Below are positions 1-10,187 of a DNA stretch of 64,000 nt, piece after piece. The stretch lies in NCBI GenBank assembly GCA_963666055.2, contig CAXWPH010000015.1, positions 1,472,001-1,536,000 of the forward strand, written 5' to 3'. How positions within the stretch are numbered: the stretch's first letter is position 1; each line of letters begins with the position of its first letter. The DNA comes from Acidobacteriota bacterium (GTDB taxonomy: Bacteria > Acidobacteriota > UBA890 > WLXD01). The position numbers and the translations under genes were made by a program. The notes beneath the pieces are model-generated. The model had not been told where the DNA came from and did not search any database. It saw only the letters and a list, made by a program, of their open reading frames with translations.

Positions 1-1
1 T

Positions 2-322
2 GGCCACTGCCACCGCAAGGCGTTTGGCGCCCTGCAGCCGATGATCGAGGCGCTGCGTCTGGTACCCGATCTGAAGGTCGATCTCATCGCCGCCGGCTGT
101 TGCGGCATGGCGGGCTCGTTCGGCTACGAGGCCGAGCACGTCGACGTGTCGATGCGCATGGCGGAGCTGGCGTTGTTGCCGCAGATTCGGCAGGCTGAGC
201 ACGACACTTGGATCATCGCCGACGGCACCAGCTGCCGCCGGCAGATACTCGATGGCACGGGCCGTGAGGCTATCCACCCAGCGGTGGCGCTGGATCGTGC
301 CCTGCCCACCCAAGAAGCCTGA
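2..322 (+). CDS. C-terminal part of an FAD-binding/Fe-S oxidoreductase (GlcD/YdiJ-like); runs off the left edge
   Basis: Frame open from base 2: GHCHRKA...GCCGMAGSFGYE...ADGTSCRRQI...IHP, a typical CCG-domain C-terminus. Confidence 0.85.
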   Translation, partial: GHCHRKAFGALQPMIEALRLVPDLKVDLIAAGCCGMAGSFGYEAEHVDVSMRMAELALLPQIRQAEHDTWIIADGTSCRRQILDGTGREAIHPAVALDRALPTQEA

Positions 323-332
323 GGAGGGTTCC

Positions 333-1301
333 ATGAGACCGACGATCGCCGTGCTGGTGCTGGCGTTGAGTGCCTGCGCGCCCGCCCCCGCCCCCCAGCA
401 GAACGAGCCGGAGGGTACACCGCCGTGGGACTGGACCGAGGAGTACATCCGCGAGGGAGTCAACCGGGTGCGCGCCGGCCGCGACTTGACTCCGAGCGAG
501 TGGCCCGGCGGCGCGCGTGTTGCCGTGCTGCTGTCGTTCGACGTCGACAACGAGACTGTCGAAGGCCTGCGCGACGGTACGTTCAGCGTCGGCCCCCTGT
601 CGCAGGGTGAGTACGGGTCGCGGGTGGCCCTGCCGCGCATCGTCGAGCTGATGGACCGCGAGGAGATCCCGGCAACGTTCTTCTTCCCCGCCTGGAGCCT
701 GAAGCTGGCCCCCCAGCAAGCCGAGCTGATCCAGGCGTCCGGCCGCCACGAGATCGGTGTCCACGGTTGGATTCACGAGCGCAACACACAGCTCGACGCC
801 GCCACCGAGCGCCGTCTGCTCGAGCAGGCGGTCGACGCGATCACCGAGATCACCGGAACCCGACCGGTCGGATACCGAGCTCCGTCGTGGAACTTGAGCC
901 CGGCAACGCTCGATATCGTGCGCGATCTGGGCCTGCTGTACGAGAGCTCGCTGATGGCCGACGATCGGCCCTACGAGCTCATGGCCAACGGCGAGCCCAC
1001 CGGCATGGTCGAGCTGCCGGTGGAGTGGATTCTCGACGACGCACCGCTGTTCGATCCGCTCGGCGGTCGCTACAGCCCGCCGCGCGACGTCATGCAGGTG
1101 TGGATCGACGAGTTCGACGTGGCCTGGGAGGAGGGCACCATGCTGCTGCTCACCATGCACCCGCACATCACCGCCCACCGCTCGCGGATCGTCGCGCTCA
1201 AGGGCCTGATCGAGCACATCAAGGAGCGCGGCGGCGCCTGGTTCGCAACCCACGAGGCGGCGGCACGGTACGTCAGGCAGCAGGCAGGAATGGACAGCTA
1301 G
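333..1301 (+). CDS. Polysaccharide deacetylase (CE4, PgdA/PuuE-like) lipoprotein
   Basis: SFDVD, HEIGVHGWIHE, GYRAPSW and LTMHPH motifs; GAGGAGG RBS before ATG 333; lipobox LSAC. Confidence 0.88.
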   Translation: MRPTIAVLVLALSACAPAPAPQQNEPEGTPPWDWTEEYIREGVNRVRAGRDLTPSEWPGGARVAVLLSFDVDNETVEGLRDGTFSVGPLSQGEYGSRVALPRIVELMDREEIPATFFFPAWSLKLAPQQAELIQASGRHEIGVHGWIHERNTQLDAATERRLLEQAVDAITEITGTRPVGYRAPSWNLSPATLDIVRDLGLLYESSLMADDRPYELMANGEPTGMVELPVEWILDDAPLFDPLGGRYSPPRDVMQVWIDEFDVAWEEGTMLLLTMHPHITAHRSRIVALKGLIEHIKERGGAWFATHEAAARYVRQQAGMDS

Positions 1302-1328
1302 TCGGACGGCCCCTTGCAGCCCTGGGGT

Positions 1329-1745
1329 CTACAGTCCGAGTACTGAAAAGCCGTTGGCCCGGGCGGCGAGGCCCTGTCGCGCATCGTGGGTCGCGAACAC
1401 CAGGGCCGCGTCGCGCTGCTCTCGAAACAGCAGCGCGCTCGACAGATGAAGCGCGTCGAGCGTCCCCAGCGAGGTCGCCATTGGCTGGCCGGCGCGACGA
1501 AGCACCGATGGCGTGATGCGAATCCAACCCAGCGACTGCTCGATCCAGCCGAGCTGTTCATGCGCTTGGGCGACCCCGTCGTCGTCGAGTGCCCCCTGGA
1601 GCCGCAACCGATCGATTACCCGACGCGACTCCACGCCAAGGAGCTCGCTGCTGTAGGCAGTCTCCCACTCCTCGAAGTCGCTGATCGCACCATGTTGACC
1701 GAGAGCGATGCGGAGAATGACGCTCGTATCGACGTAGACGATCAC
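1329..1745 (-). CDS. vapC: PIN-domain VapC toxin
   Basis: VYVDTS...LGTLDALHLSSA...FATHD PIN motifs; GTG start overlaps the antitoxin stop (GTGA). Confidence 0.9.
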   Translation of the reverse strand: MIVYVDTSVILRIALGQHGAISDFEEWETAYSSELLGVESRRVIDRLRLQGALDDDGVAQAHEQLGWIEQSLGWIRITPSVLRRAGQPMATSLGTLDALHLSSALLFREQRDAALVFATHDARQGLAARANGFSVLGL

Positions 1746-1999
1746 CGTCGAGCGCGATCCTCCCGGAGCATCTCGATCGGATCGACCGTCTTCAGCAAGC
1801 GCACCGGCTTGCAGTCGGCGATCTTGGTTGGCCTCCGCTTCGCCTCGTCGACGTCGAGATCGGTTGATCTTGAGTCCAGCGGAACCAGGCGAGCCACCGG
1901 GGTGCGCCGATCGCATACCACTATTGTCTCGCCGCGGCGAACGGCGGCCAGGTAGGCGCTGAGCTTTGCCTTGAGCTCGGAAGTGTTTACCATCGTCAT
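1742..1999 (-). CDS. Phd/YefM-family antitoxin
   Basis: VNTSELKAKLSAYLAAVRRGETIVVCDRRTPVARLVP signature, directly upstream of the PIN gene. Confidence 0.9.
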   Translation of the reverse strand: MTMVNTSELKAKLSAYLAAVRRGETIVVCDRRTPVARLVPLDSRSTDLDVDEAKRRPTKIADCKPVRLLKTVDPIEMLREDRARR

Positions 2000-2010
2000 G
2001 ACTAGATGAT

Positions 2011-2024
2011 GACTATATATAGTC
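2011..2024. promoter_or_regulatory. Palindromic TA operator GACTATATATAGTC
   Basis: Perfect 14-bp AT-rich palindrome just upstream of the antitoxin start. Confidence 0.6.
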
Positions 2025-2050
2025 TAATTGTGCAAGGCTCGTCGACAGCG

Positions 2051-2761
2051 TCACGCTCCGAGCAAGTTATATGCGACGGCCGCCAGCACCCCGCCTGCCA
2101 CCGGACCGAGCACCGGAATCCAGGCGTAGCCCCAGTCGCTGTCGCGCTTGCCGGGGATCGGCAGCAGCGCGTGCATGATGCGCGGCGCCAGGTCGCGGGC
2201 CGGGTTGATGGCGTAGCCGGTGGTGCCACCCAGCGACATCCCGATCGCTAGCACAACCAGGCCGACCGGTAACGCGTCGAGCGCCCCGAGCCCCACTTCC
2301 GGAGCGCTCAGATACAGCACCGCGAACACCAGCACGAAGGTGCCGATGACCTCGGAGATGAAGTTCGAGAGCGGATTACGAATCTCCGGCCCGGTACAGA
2401 ACACTGCGAGCTTCAGATCGCCGCTCTCGGTGGCTGGGAAATGGTCACGGTAGTGGAGCCACACGAGCGCGGCGCCGATGGCCGCACCGATCATCTGCGC
2501 CGCAATAAAGCCGGGCACGTCTGCCCAAGGGAAGTTGCCGGCTGCTGCCAGCCCGAGCGTCACCGCCGGGTTGATGTGCGCGCCGCTGAAACGCCCCACC
2601 ACGAACACGGCCACGAATACCGCCATGCCCCAGCCCATGCTGATGACCATCCAGCCCGACTCGGCACCCTTGGTGCGTCGCAGGACGACGTTGGCGACTA
2701 CACCATCGCCCAGCAGCAACAACAGCGCGGTTCCGACGATCTCGGCGGTGAATGGGCTCAT
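2051..2761 (-). CDS. glpF: MIP-family aquaglyceroporin
   Basis: SGAHINPAVT and GYAINPARD NPA motifs, with the Asp after the second NPA typical of GlpF. Confidence 0.92.
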   Translation of the reverse strand: MSPFTAEIVGTALLLLLGDGVVANVVLRRTKGAESGWMVISMGWGMAVFVAVFVVGRFSGAHINPAVTLGLAAAGNFPWADVPGFIAAQMIGAAIGAALVWLHYRDHFPATESGDLKLAVFCTGPEIRNPLSNFISEVIGTFVLVFAVLYLSAPEVGLGALDALPVGLVVLAIGMSLGGTTGYAINPARDLAPRIMHALLPIPGKRDSDWGYAWIPVLGPVAGGVLAAVAYNLLGA

Positions 2762-2905
2762 GCGGTTCGCCTCGGGTTGGGCGGTGATGGACGGAGGAGC
2801 GAAAGTGTATTGGAAGCGCCTCCGGAGCACGGCAGCGGACCCCGGGAGCGCTTCGCCACCGCCTGCTAGACTCTCGCCCCGGAATCAAAACCAGGGAGTC
2901 GAGCG

Positions 2906-4042
2906 ATGAAGATCGAGCAGTTCGAGATGGAGCGGACCCAGTCGCTCTACGAGAATGCCGTCCAATACAACCTCTCCGAGAGCGGCGTGCGGCCGCTGCG
3001 CACCGATGAGCTGCTGCCGCCCAAGGAGCTTGCGGAGCTCGCGGCAACGCCACTCTGCTACCCGGAGGGGATGGGCTCGGATTTGTTGCGTGAGCGCATC
3101 GCGCTGTTCTACGACAACGCTACGATGGCGAACGTAGTGGTCACCAACGGCGGCTCCGAGGCCAACCACATCACCCTGTGGGGCCTGGTGGAGGAAGGGG
3201 CTCGGGTTGCCTGCATGATTCCGAACTATCTCCAGACCTGGGGCCTGGCGCGGGCCTATGCTGAGCGCGCCGACGCGTTCTACCTGGTCGAGTCAGCTGA
3301 CCGCTCCCGCTGGGAGCTGGATCTCGACAGCCTCGCCGCGGCGGTCTCGCCGGATACCGGCCTGATCATCGTCACCAACCCCAACAACCCGACAGGGGGT
3401 GTGCTCAACGAGGCCGAGCTCGAGTCTGTCGTCGAGGCGGCGCGGCGCGCCGGTGCCTGGCTGGTGTTCGACGAGATCTATCGTGGCGCCGAGGTCGAGG
3501 GTGATACTGCGCCCAGCGCCTGGGGCAGCTACGACAAGCTGATCATCACGTCGGGGCTTTCGAAGGCCTTTGCGATGCCCGGCCTGCGGGTGGGCTGGGC
3601 GGTGGCGCCGGAGCAGGCGATCGAGCAGCTGTGCTGGTACCGCGACTACACCACCCTCACCCCGAACATGCTGTCGGATCGCCTGGCACGCGTCGCCATG
3701 GAGCCGACCAAGCGCGATGAGATCCTCGACCGCAGCAAGACGATCATCCGGGCGCAGCTGCCCCGGCTGGTGCAGTGGGTGGCGAGTCACGACGAGCTCA
3801 ACATGATCCCGCCGGTGGCGGCGGCCATCGGCATGGTTGGCTTCGACCTGCCGATCGAATCCACCGAGCTGTTCGACAAGCTGCGGATCGAGCAATCGGT
3901 GCTGATCACGCCCGGGGCCCACTTCGGGATTGGCGATTACATCCGCGTCGGCTACGGCTACGACATCGAGCGGACGGTCGAGGGCCTGGCTCGCATCGAC
4001 GAGACGCTCGCTCAGCTGCAGCCGGCGGCCGCTGTTCGATGA
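2906..4042 (+). CDS. PLP-dependent aminotransferase class I/II
   Basis: NPNNPTG, DEIY and [16 protein letters not shown] motifs. Confidence 0.92.
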   Translation: MKIEQFEMERTQSLYENAVQYNLSESGVRPLRTDELLPPKELAELAATPLCYPEGMGSDLLRERIALFYDNATMANVVVTNGGSEANHITLWGLVEEGARVACMIPNYLQTWGLARAYAERADAFYLVESADRSRWELDLDSLAAAVSPDTGLIIVTNPNNPTGGVLNEAELESVVEAARRAGAWLVFDEIYRGAEVEGDTAPSAWGSYDKLIITSGLSKAFAMPGLRVGWAVAPEQAIEQLCWYRDYTTLTPNMLSDRLARVAMEPTKRDEILDRSKTIIRAQLPRLVQWVASHDELNMIPPVAAAIGMVGFDLPIESTELFDKLRIEQSVLITPGAHFGIGDYIRVGYGYDIERTVEGLARIDETLAQLQPAAAVR

Positions 4043-4821
4043 ACCTCGACGGCAAGGTCGTCGTCGTTACCGGAGGGGCGAGTGGTATCGGGCGCGCGCT
4101 GTGTCGGCGCTTCGCTGCCGAAGGGGCGCGAGGCGTTGTCGTCGCCGACCGAGCCGCGGATGGTGCCGCCGAGGTGGCCGGGGAGATCGGTGGCCTGGCG
4201 GTGACGGCGGATGTCGGCGTTGAAGAGCAGGTACAGCGCATCGTGGCCGAGGCGCGCCAGCGATACGGTGAGATCGATCTGTTTTGCTGCAACGCCGGCG
4301 TGTTTAGCGAAGGCGGAGTGGAGGTCAGCGATGAGGAGTGGAAGCGCGTCTGGGACGTCAACTTCATGTCGATCGTCTACGCCGCCCGGGCGCTCCTACC
4401 GTCGATGCTCGAGCGCGGCAACGGTGCGTTCTTGATCACCGCTTCGGCTGCCGGCCTGCTCACCCAGGTTGGCTCGGCGCCCTACTCGGTGACCAAGCAC
4501 GCCGCTTTGTCGCTGGCGGAGTGGCTGTCGATGACCCACGCCGACGATGGCATCGAGGTATTCTGCCTGTGCCCGCAGGGGGTGAACACGGCCATGATGA
4601 GGGAATTCGAGGCCGACTCCGCCATCGGCGCGTATCTGAAGAGCGTGGCCCTGGAGCCCGATGATGTGGCTGGCGCGGTGATCGACGCCATGGCCGCCGG
4701 ACAGTTCCTGGTGTTGCCACACCCCGAGGTCGCCGATTTCTTTCAACGCAAGGCGGCCGACTACGACCGCTGGCTTGGCGGTATGCGTCGCTTCCAGGCC
4801 AGCGTAGGGTCGAACGCCTGA
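4039..4821 (+). CDS. Short-chain dehydrogenase/reductase
   Basis: [12 protein letters not shown] and YSVTK motifs; ATGA overlap with the upstream gene. Confidence 0.92.
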   Translation: MNLDGKVVVVTGGASGIGRALCRRFAAEGARGVVVADRAADGAAEVAGEIGGLAVTADVGVEEQVQRIVAEARQRYGEIDLFCCNAGVFSEGGVEVSDEEWKRVWDVNFMSIVYAARALLPSMLERGNGAFLITASAAGLLTQVGSAPYSVTKHAALSLAEWLSMTHADDGIEVFCLCPQGVNTAMMREFEADSAIGAYLKSVALEPDDVAGAVIDAMAAGQFLVLPHPEVADFFQRKAADYDRWLGGMRRFQASVGSNA

Positions 4822-4891
4822 CCCCTAGACCCGAGTCCAGAAACACTCGAACCAAGCTCGAAGCGTCAGGCGCGAGCGAACGGAGCGAAAC

Positions 4892-6166
4892 GTGAAGCTG
4901 ACACGCCTCCTTGCAGGAACCTTGCTGCTGGCCCTGGTCGCCGCGCCTGTCTGGGCGCAGGGACTACCGATGTCCTCGCCGGAAAATGTGGGGCTGTCGA
5001 GCGCGCGGCTCGAGCGCATCGGTCCGTTCCTTCAGCGGCATATCGACAAGGACCTCATCTCCGGATCGGTGGTCATGGTGGCCCGCAACGGACGGGTCGC
5101 CTACCACGAGGCATTCGGTGAGCTCGACATGGATGCCGACACGCCGATGACCAAGGACTCGATCTTCCGCATCTACTCGATGACCAAGCCCATTACCTCC
5201 CTAGCGGTGATGATGCTCTGGGAGGAGGGCCTGTTCCTGCTCAACGATCCGGTGTCGAAGTACATTCCCGAGCTCGGCGGGTTGCAGGTGGGCACGGACG
5301 GAGTCGGCGCCGATGGTCGGCCGGAGTTCAACACCGTGCGCTCGAGCCGCGACATGACGGTTCGCGATCTGCTGCGCCATACCTCCGGCTTGACGTACGG
5401 GATCTTTGGCGCCTCCACCGTCGACGAGATGTACAACGAACAGGAGCTGCTCGATTCGGCGTCGTTGACCGAGTTCGTCGACAAGCTGAGCAAGTTGCCG
5501 CTGCGCTACGACCCGGGCACGACGTGGAACTACAGCGTGTCCACCGATGTGCTGGGTCGTTTCGTCGAAGTGATCTCGGGCATGCCGTTCGATCAGTTCC
5601 TCGAGGAGCGCATCTTCCTGCCGTTGGAGATGAACGACACCGCGTTCTGGGTGCCGGAGAGCAAAGCCCACCGACTGACGACGCTCTATACGCCAAACGG
5701 TCCTGACGACCTCACGCTGAAGGAAATGGAGACCGACGCTGTTGCACGCGACTATCGCGAGCCCCCGCCGGCGCCCTCGGGAGGCGGGGGGCTGCTGTCG
5801 ACCGCGACCGACTATGTGCGTTTTTGCCAGATGCTGCTCAACGGCGGTGAGCTCGGCGGCGTCAGGTTGCTCGGCTCGCACACCGTCGAGATGATGACGC
5901 AAGACCATCTTGGCGACATCGAGATGGGCCTGGGCGCGGAAGGCCACGGTTTCGGCCTCGGCTTCATGATCAATGCCGAGCCCGGCTTGGTTGGTGGCAC
6001 CGCCCACGAGGGCACCTACTCGTGGGGCGGATACGCGCACACCCGCTTCTGGGTCGATCCCGTGGATGACTTGATCGGGATCTTCATGATCCAGATCCTG
6101 CCGTCATCGGCGGTGGACTACGGCGAGAAGTTCAAGAGCCTGGTCTACCAGTCGATCCTGGAGTAA
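4892..6166 (+). CDS. Exported serine hydrolase (beta-lactamase class C-like)
   Basis: Signal peptide; YSMTK, LLRHTSG and WNYS motifs. Confidence 0.9.
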   Translation: MKLTRLLAGTLLLALVAAPVWAQGLPMSSPENVGLSSARLERIGPFLQRHIDKDLISGSVVMVARNGRVAYHEAFGELDMDADTPMTKDSIFRIYSMTKPITSLAVMMLWEEGLFLLNDPVSKYIPELGGLQVGTDGVGADGRPEFNTVRSSRDMTVRDLLRHTSGLTYGIFGASTVDEMYNEQELLDSASLTEFVDKLSKLPLRYDPGTTWNYSVSTDVLGRFVEVISGMPFDQFLEERIFLPLEMNDTAFWVPESKAHRLTTLYTPNGPDDLTLKEMETDAVARDYREPPPAPSGGGGLLSTATDYVRFCQMLLNGGELGGVRLLGSHTVEMMTQDHLGDIEMGLGAEGHGFGLGFMINAEPGLVGGTAHEGTYSWGGYAHTRFWVDPVDDLIGIFMIQILPSSAVDYGEKFKSLVYQSILE

Positions 6167-6203
6167 CGCAGCGCCGGCCCGCGACACGATGGCCGGCGTT
6201 GGT

Positions 6204-7349
6204 CTAGCCGGCAGTTTTCTTGCGCGGCACGAACGGGGTGGGGATGACGGTCGCCTGAGCCTCGCCGAACGGGCCTCGGACGGTAAAGGTCGAGCCCTTA
6301 TCGGCAAGCGCGATGGGGATGTTGGCGAAGCCGATGTTCTTGTCCAGTCGCGGCGAGTGGATACAACGGGTGATGTGCCCGATCTGCTCGTCGCCGTCGA
6401 CGATCGACAGCCATTCCTCGTTGAGGCGAGGCAGCGGGTCACCGTCGATCTTCACTCCCACCAGCCGGCGCTTTACCCCCTCCGCGGCGATGCGCTTCAG
6501 GGCTTCCTTGCCGATGAAGTCGGCCTCCTGCTCCAGGTCGACGAGGCGCTCGTAGCCCAGCGTGAAAGGGCTGTCGGCGAGCGTGATGTCGGAACGGTAG
6601 TCGAGGTTGCCGGCCTCGATGCTGCGGATCGCCGAGGGACAGGTGGCGGCGATGTCCCACTCGGCGCCCGCCGCCATGATCATCTCCCACAGCTCGTCGC
6701 CGCGATCGCCGCTGTGCGGCAGGATCTCGAAGCCGAACTCGCCGCTCCAGCCTGTACGCGCGAGCACCAGCGGGATGCCGTCGAGCTCGGTCTCGCGCAG
6801 GCGGTAGAAGCCCAGCTCCCCGGCCAAGTCGCCGAAGAGCTTTCGGGCCACGTGAATCGAGCTCGGACCCTGCAACTGCATCGGCCAGACGTCCGGCTCG
6901 CGTACCGTCACGTTCATGCCCGAGCTGACGGCGGCGCCCATTGCCCACAGCAATGTGTCGCCGTCGCCGGGCGAGAACCAGAAGCGATCCTCCGCCAGTC
7001 GATACAGCACCGCGTCGTTGACGATGCCGCCGGCCTCGTTGGTGAGCAGCACGTACTTGCACTGCCCGATTTCGCAGCTCGCCAGGTTGCGCGGCGTCAG
7101 ATACTGGGTGAAGCGGGCTGCGTCGGGGCCGCTGATCTCGACCTGACGTTGGCAGCCGACGTCCCACAGGGTGACGGTTTTCACCAGCTTCCAGTACTCA
7201 TCGACGGCGTCGGTGTACCAGATGGGCAGCAAGATGTGGTTGTAGATCGAGAAGCCCTTGGCCCCCCAGCGCCGGGTGGCATCGAAGTACGGTGACTTGC
7301 GAACCCGCGGTCCGATGGCAATCTGGGCGGCGAAGCCATCGTCGGTCAT
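6204..7349 (-). CDS. GcvT-family THF-dependent aminomethyltransferase/demethylase (DmdA-like)
   Basis: RKSPYF..YNHILLP, LWDVGCQRQVEISGPDA, ARTGWSGEFGFEI and RSIEAG; GGAGA RBS. Confidence 0.85.
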   Translation of the reverse strand: MTDDGFAAQIAIGPRVRKSPYFDATRRWGAKGFSIYNHILLPIWYTDAVDEYWKLVKTVTLWDVGCQRQVEISGPDAARFTQYLTPRNLASCEIGQCKYVLLTNEAGGIVNDAVLYRLAEDRFWFSPGDGDTLLWAMGAAVSSGMNVTVREPDVWPMQLQGPSSIHVARKLFGDLAGELGFYRLRETELDGIPLVLARTGWSGEFGFEILPHSGDRGDELWEMIMAAGAEWDIAATCPSAIRSIEAGNLDYRSDITLADSPFTLGYERLVDLEQEADFIGKEALKRIAAEGVKRRLVGVKIDGDPLPRLNEEWLSIVDGDEQIGHITRCIHSPRLDKNIGFANIPIALADKGSTFTVRGPFGEAQATVIPTPFVPRKKTAG

Positions 7350-7369
7350 GGTGTCTCCTATCGGCGGCG

Positions 7370-7789
7370 CTACTCGAGCGCGCCGGGCGGTCCCGGATCG
7401 GTAATCATGAAGCTGGCGTGGCACTGGGCAACGAGGCTGCCATCGTCGGCGCGCAGGGCGCGTCCCTCCAGCTGTGCCAGCTTGCCTCTCAACTTGGTCA
7501 GTCGCCCCTCGAGCAACACGTCGGTACCGGTTGGCAACGGCTGCCGATAGCGCATCTCGCAGCGCGCCGTGTGGCCGCGCGCGCCGCGCAGGAAAAGCCA
7601 GTTGGCCATGACGTCGTCGAGCGCGCTGTAAAGAATGCCGCCGTGCGTCTGGCCGTCAAAGCCGCAGTGGTTGTCGCCCGGGGTGAACTCGCCGCGGCAG
7701 ACCTCGTCGTCGAGACGAAAACGGATTCCGAGCCCGATCGGATTGTCGGGGCCGCAGACGAAGCAGCGTGGCGCGTCGGCTCTGGACAC
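7370..7789 (-). CDS. PaaI-family hotdog thioesterase
   Basis: CFVCGPDNPIGL...HGGILYSALDDVM; GTG overlaps the upstream TAG by 1 nt. Confidence 0.88.
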   Translation of the reverse strand: MSRADAPRCFVCGPDNPIGLGIRFRLDDEVCRGEFTPGDNHCGFDGQTHGGILYSALDDVMANWLFLRGARGHTARCEMRYRQPLPTGTDVLLEGRLTKLRGKLAQLEGRALRADDGSLVAQCHASFMITDPGPPGALE

Positions 7790-8265
7790 TACCCTTTGGC
7801 CGGCGGCGCGTACATGGTCAGCTGCTCGTAGAGCATGGCGGGTCGAGCCGCGCCTTCGACCCGGATCTCCACCTCGTGCGTCAGCACGGTTCCCTTGGGC
7901 TTGGCGACGACGTCGGTAAGGCGCTGCCGTAGGCGCACCCGACTGCCGACGCGAACGGGATCGATGAACCGCAGCCGATTGGCCCCGTAGTTGATCGTCA
8001 TCTCCGCACCGGTGAGCTCGAGCTCGGATCCGTCGCGCAGCGAGGCGGTCAGGCTGAGCATCAGGAACCCATGGGCGATCGTCGTGCCGAACGGCCCTGC
8101 CTGGGCGCGCGCAATATCTTCGTGGATCCACTGATGATCATCGGTAACGTCGGCGAAGGTGTTGATGCGCTCTTGCGTGATCTCCAGCGCTGGGCCGTAG
8201 TCGCCGAACTCATCGCTGATGAGGTCGCGGAGACCGTCGATATCGTCGAAGCGGATTTGAGTCAT
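7789..8265 (-). CDS. MaoC-family dehydratase
   Basis: FADVTDDHQWIH...IAHGFL...NYGANRLRF. Confidence 0.9.
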   Translation of the reverse strand: MTQIRFDDIDGLRDLISDEFGDYGPALEITQERINTFADVTDDHQWIHEDIARAQAGPFGTTIAHGFLMLSLTASLRDGSELELTGAEMTINYGANRLRFIDPVRVGSRVRLRQRLTDVVAKPKGTVLTHEVEIRVEGAARPAMLYEQLTMYAPPAKG

Positions 8266-8356
8266 CGAGCTACTCGGTTCCTGAGCCTGGTGACCTACGT
8301 TGCGGCCCGCCATAATGCCATCCCTTCCATACAGGTTCCATCTGCGGGTGTTGACG

Positions 8357-10096
8357 ATGAACGAGAACGACCGAGCGGCAGGCAGGCGTTGGCGAGCCCA
8401 TCATGAGGGTCGAAACCTGCTGACTGGCGTTGCACCGTGGTCGAGGCTGTGGCTGTCGGTAGCGGCCGTGGCGCTGGCGTTGGCGCTTCCGGTGGCCTGC
8501 GGCCCGGCTTCGCCGGCGGCAGCCGAGGGTGAAGGGTCGGTCGCCACCAGTGTGTCCACGGCCACGCCGCCGCGAGCCCGAGCCGACGGGGAGACGCTCG
8601 AGGGTGGCTACTTCGGCTCCGACGCCGCCCAGGTGGTGTTCAAAGGAATCCCCTACGCCATGCCCCCGGTCGGAGAGCTTCGCTGGCGGCCCCCGCAGCG
8701 GCGCGACCCGCGTGAGGGAGTGCAGTCGGCCACCACGTTCCCGCCGGCCTGCCCGCAGACCGACGGCAACCTGAGCTGGTATCGGTCGGTGGCCATCGGG
8801 CTGGGGCAGGATCCGAACGTCGTCTTCGGCATGCCGCCGGTCAGCGAGGACTGCCTCTACATCAACGTCTGGACCACCAACTGGCAGGGCGATACGCCAC
8901 AGCCGGTGATGGTGTGGATCTACGGCGGTGGCAACACCGTCGGGTGGTCCACGGAGCCGCCGTATCTCGGCCACCGCCTGGTGCGTCGCGGGGTGGTGGT
9001 GGTGTCGCTGAACTACCGCGTCAACAACTTCGGCTTCATGGCGCACCCGGGGCTGACGGCAGAGTCGGACAACGACGCTTCGGGCAACTACGGTCTGCTC
9101 GACCAGATCGCCGCCTTGGAGTGGGTGCAGCGCAACATCGCGCAGTTCGGTGGCGACCCTGATCGGGTCACTATCTTCGGCGAGTCGGCCGGCGGAGCCA
9201 ACGTGGCGTTCTTGCTGGCCTCGCCGCTCGCTGAGGGGCTGTTCCACCGAGCCATTTCCCAGAGCGGTGGGTATCCTGTGCGCTCGTTCTACAACCTCGA
9301 GCAGGCCGAGGAAAGAGGGCGGCAGCTTGGCAAGGTGCTGGGCGGTGCGGCGGCGAGCCAGGACCCGGCCGAATCGCTGGCTGCCATGCGAGCCGCCAGC
9401 ATCGAGGAGATCCTCGAGGCCAGGCTGCCCCAGGGTAGCGGCGGGGGCGGACCGAATGTCGACGGCTGGGTCGTGCCGCACTCGTTGGCGGAGACGTTCG
9501 CGTCCGGCGAGCAGCACGCTGTCCCGCTGCTCATCGGCTTCAACGCCAACGAGGGTGCCATGGGGGCGCAGCGCGAGCTCGATGCGCAACGAGTCGAGGA
9601 GACCATCCGCGAGACCTACCGCTCGCTTGCCGATCGGGCCATGGAGATCTATCCGGTAGACGGCGACGAGGAGCTCGCCGACGTTCTCGATCGCTACAGC
9701 ACCAACACGACGTTTGGCTGTAGCTCCAAATACATCACCGCCGCGACCCCGCAAACAGGCGCCAACGCGTGGCTGTATTTCTTCACCCGCGTGCAGCCCG
9801 GCGGAAAGCTGGGCGCCTACCATGGGGCCGAGATTCCCTACGTGTTCAACACTCCCGACTCGTGGATGCCGTGGGACACGACCGACGCAGCGCTGACCGA
9901 GGCAGTCGGTGGCTACTGGACACAGTTCGCCTCCACCGGCGATCCGAATCGCGACGGGCTTCCGCAGTGGCCGGCCTGGGAAGAATCGACCGACGCCTAC
10001 ATGGAGCTCGGCGATCGCGTCAGGGCCGGAGAGGAACTACGTCAGGACGCCTGTGCCCTCTACAACGAGGCGCTGGCGATGTGGGCAAAGGAGTAG
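8357..10096 (+). CDS. Type-B carboxylesterase, likely lipoprotein
   Basis: FKGIPYA, SEDCLYINVW, FGESAGG and AYHGAEI motifs; start uncertain. Confidence 0.92.
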   Translation: MNENDRAAGRRWRAHHEGRNLLTGVAPWSRLWLSVAAVALALALPVACGPASPAAAEGEGSVATSVSTATPPRARADGETLEGGYFGSDAAQVVFKGIPYAMPPVGELRWRPPQRRDPREGVQSATTFPPACPQTDGNLSWYRSVAIGLGQDPNVVFGMPPVSEDCLYINVWTTNWQGDTPQPVMVWIYGGGNTVGWSTEPPYLGHRLVRRGVVVVSLNYRVNNFGFMAHPGLTAESDNDASGNYGLLDQIAALEWVQRNIAQFGGDPDRVTIFGESAGGANVAFLLASPLAEGLFHRAISQSGGYPVRSFYNLEQAEERGRQLGKVLGGAAASQDPAESLAAMRAASIEEILEARLPQGSGGGGPNVDGWVVPHSLAETFASGEQHAVPLLIGFNANEGAMGAQRELDAQRVEETIRETYRSLADRAMEIYPVDGDEELADVLDRYSTNTTFGCSSKYITAATPQTGANAWLYFFTRVQPGGKLGAYHGAEIPYVFNTPDSWMPWDTTDAALTEAVGGYWTQFASTGDPNRDGLPQWPAWEESTDAYMELGDRVRAGEELRQDACALYNEALAMWAKE

Positions 10097-10187
10097 CGAT
10101 CCGGGGGTGCCAGTACGGGCCACCAATCCTCAGCGTGGCGACAACCACCTACGCCGCGTGACCGGGGCCACCATCTCTCGAAGACAG

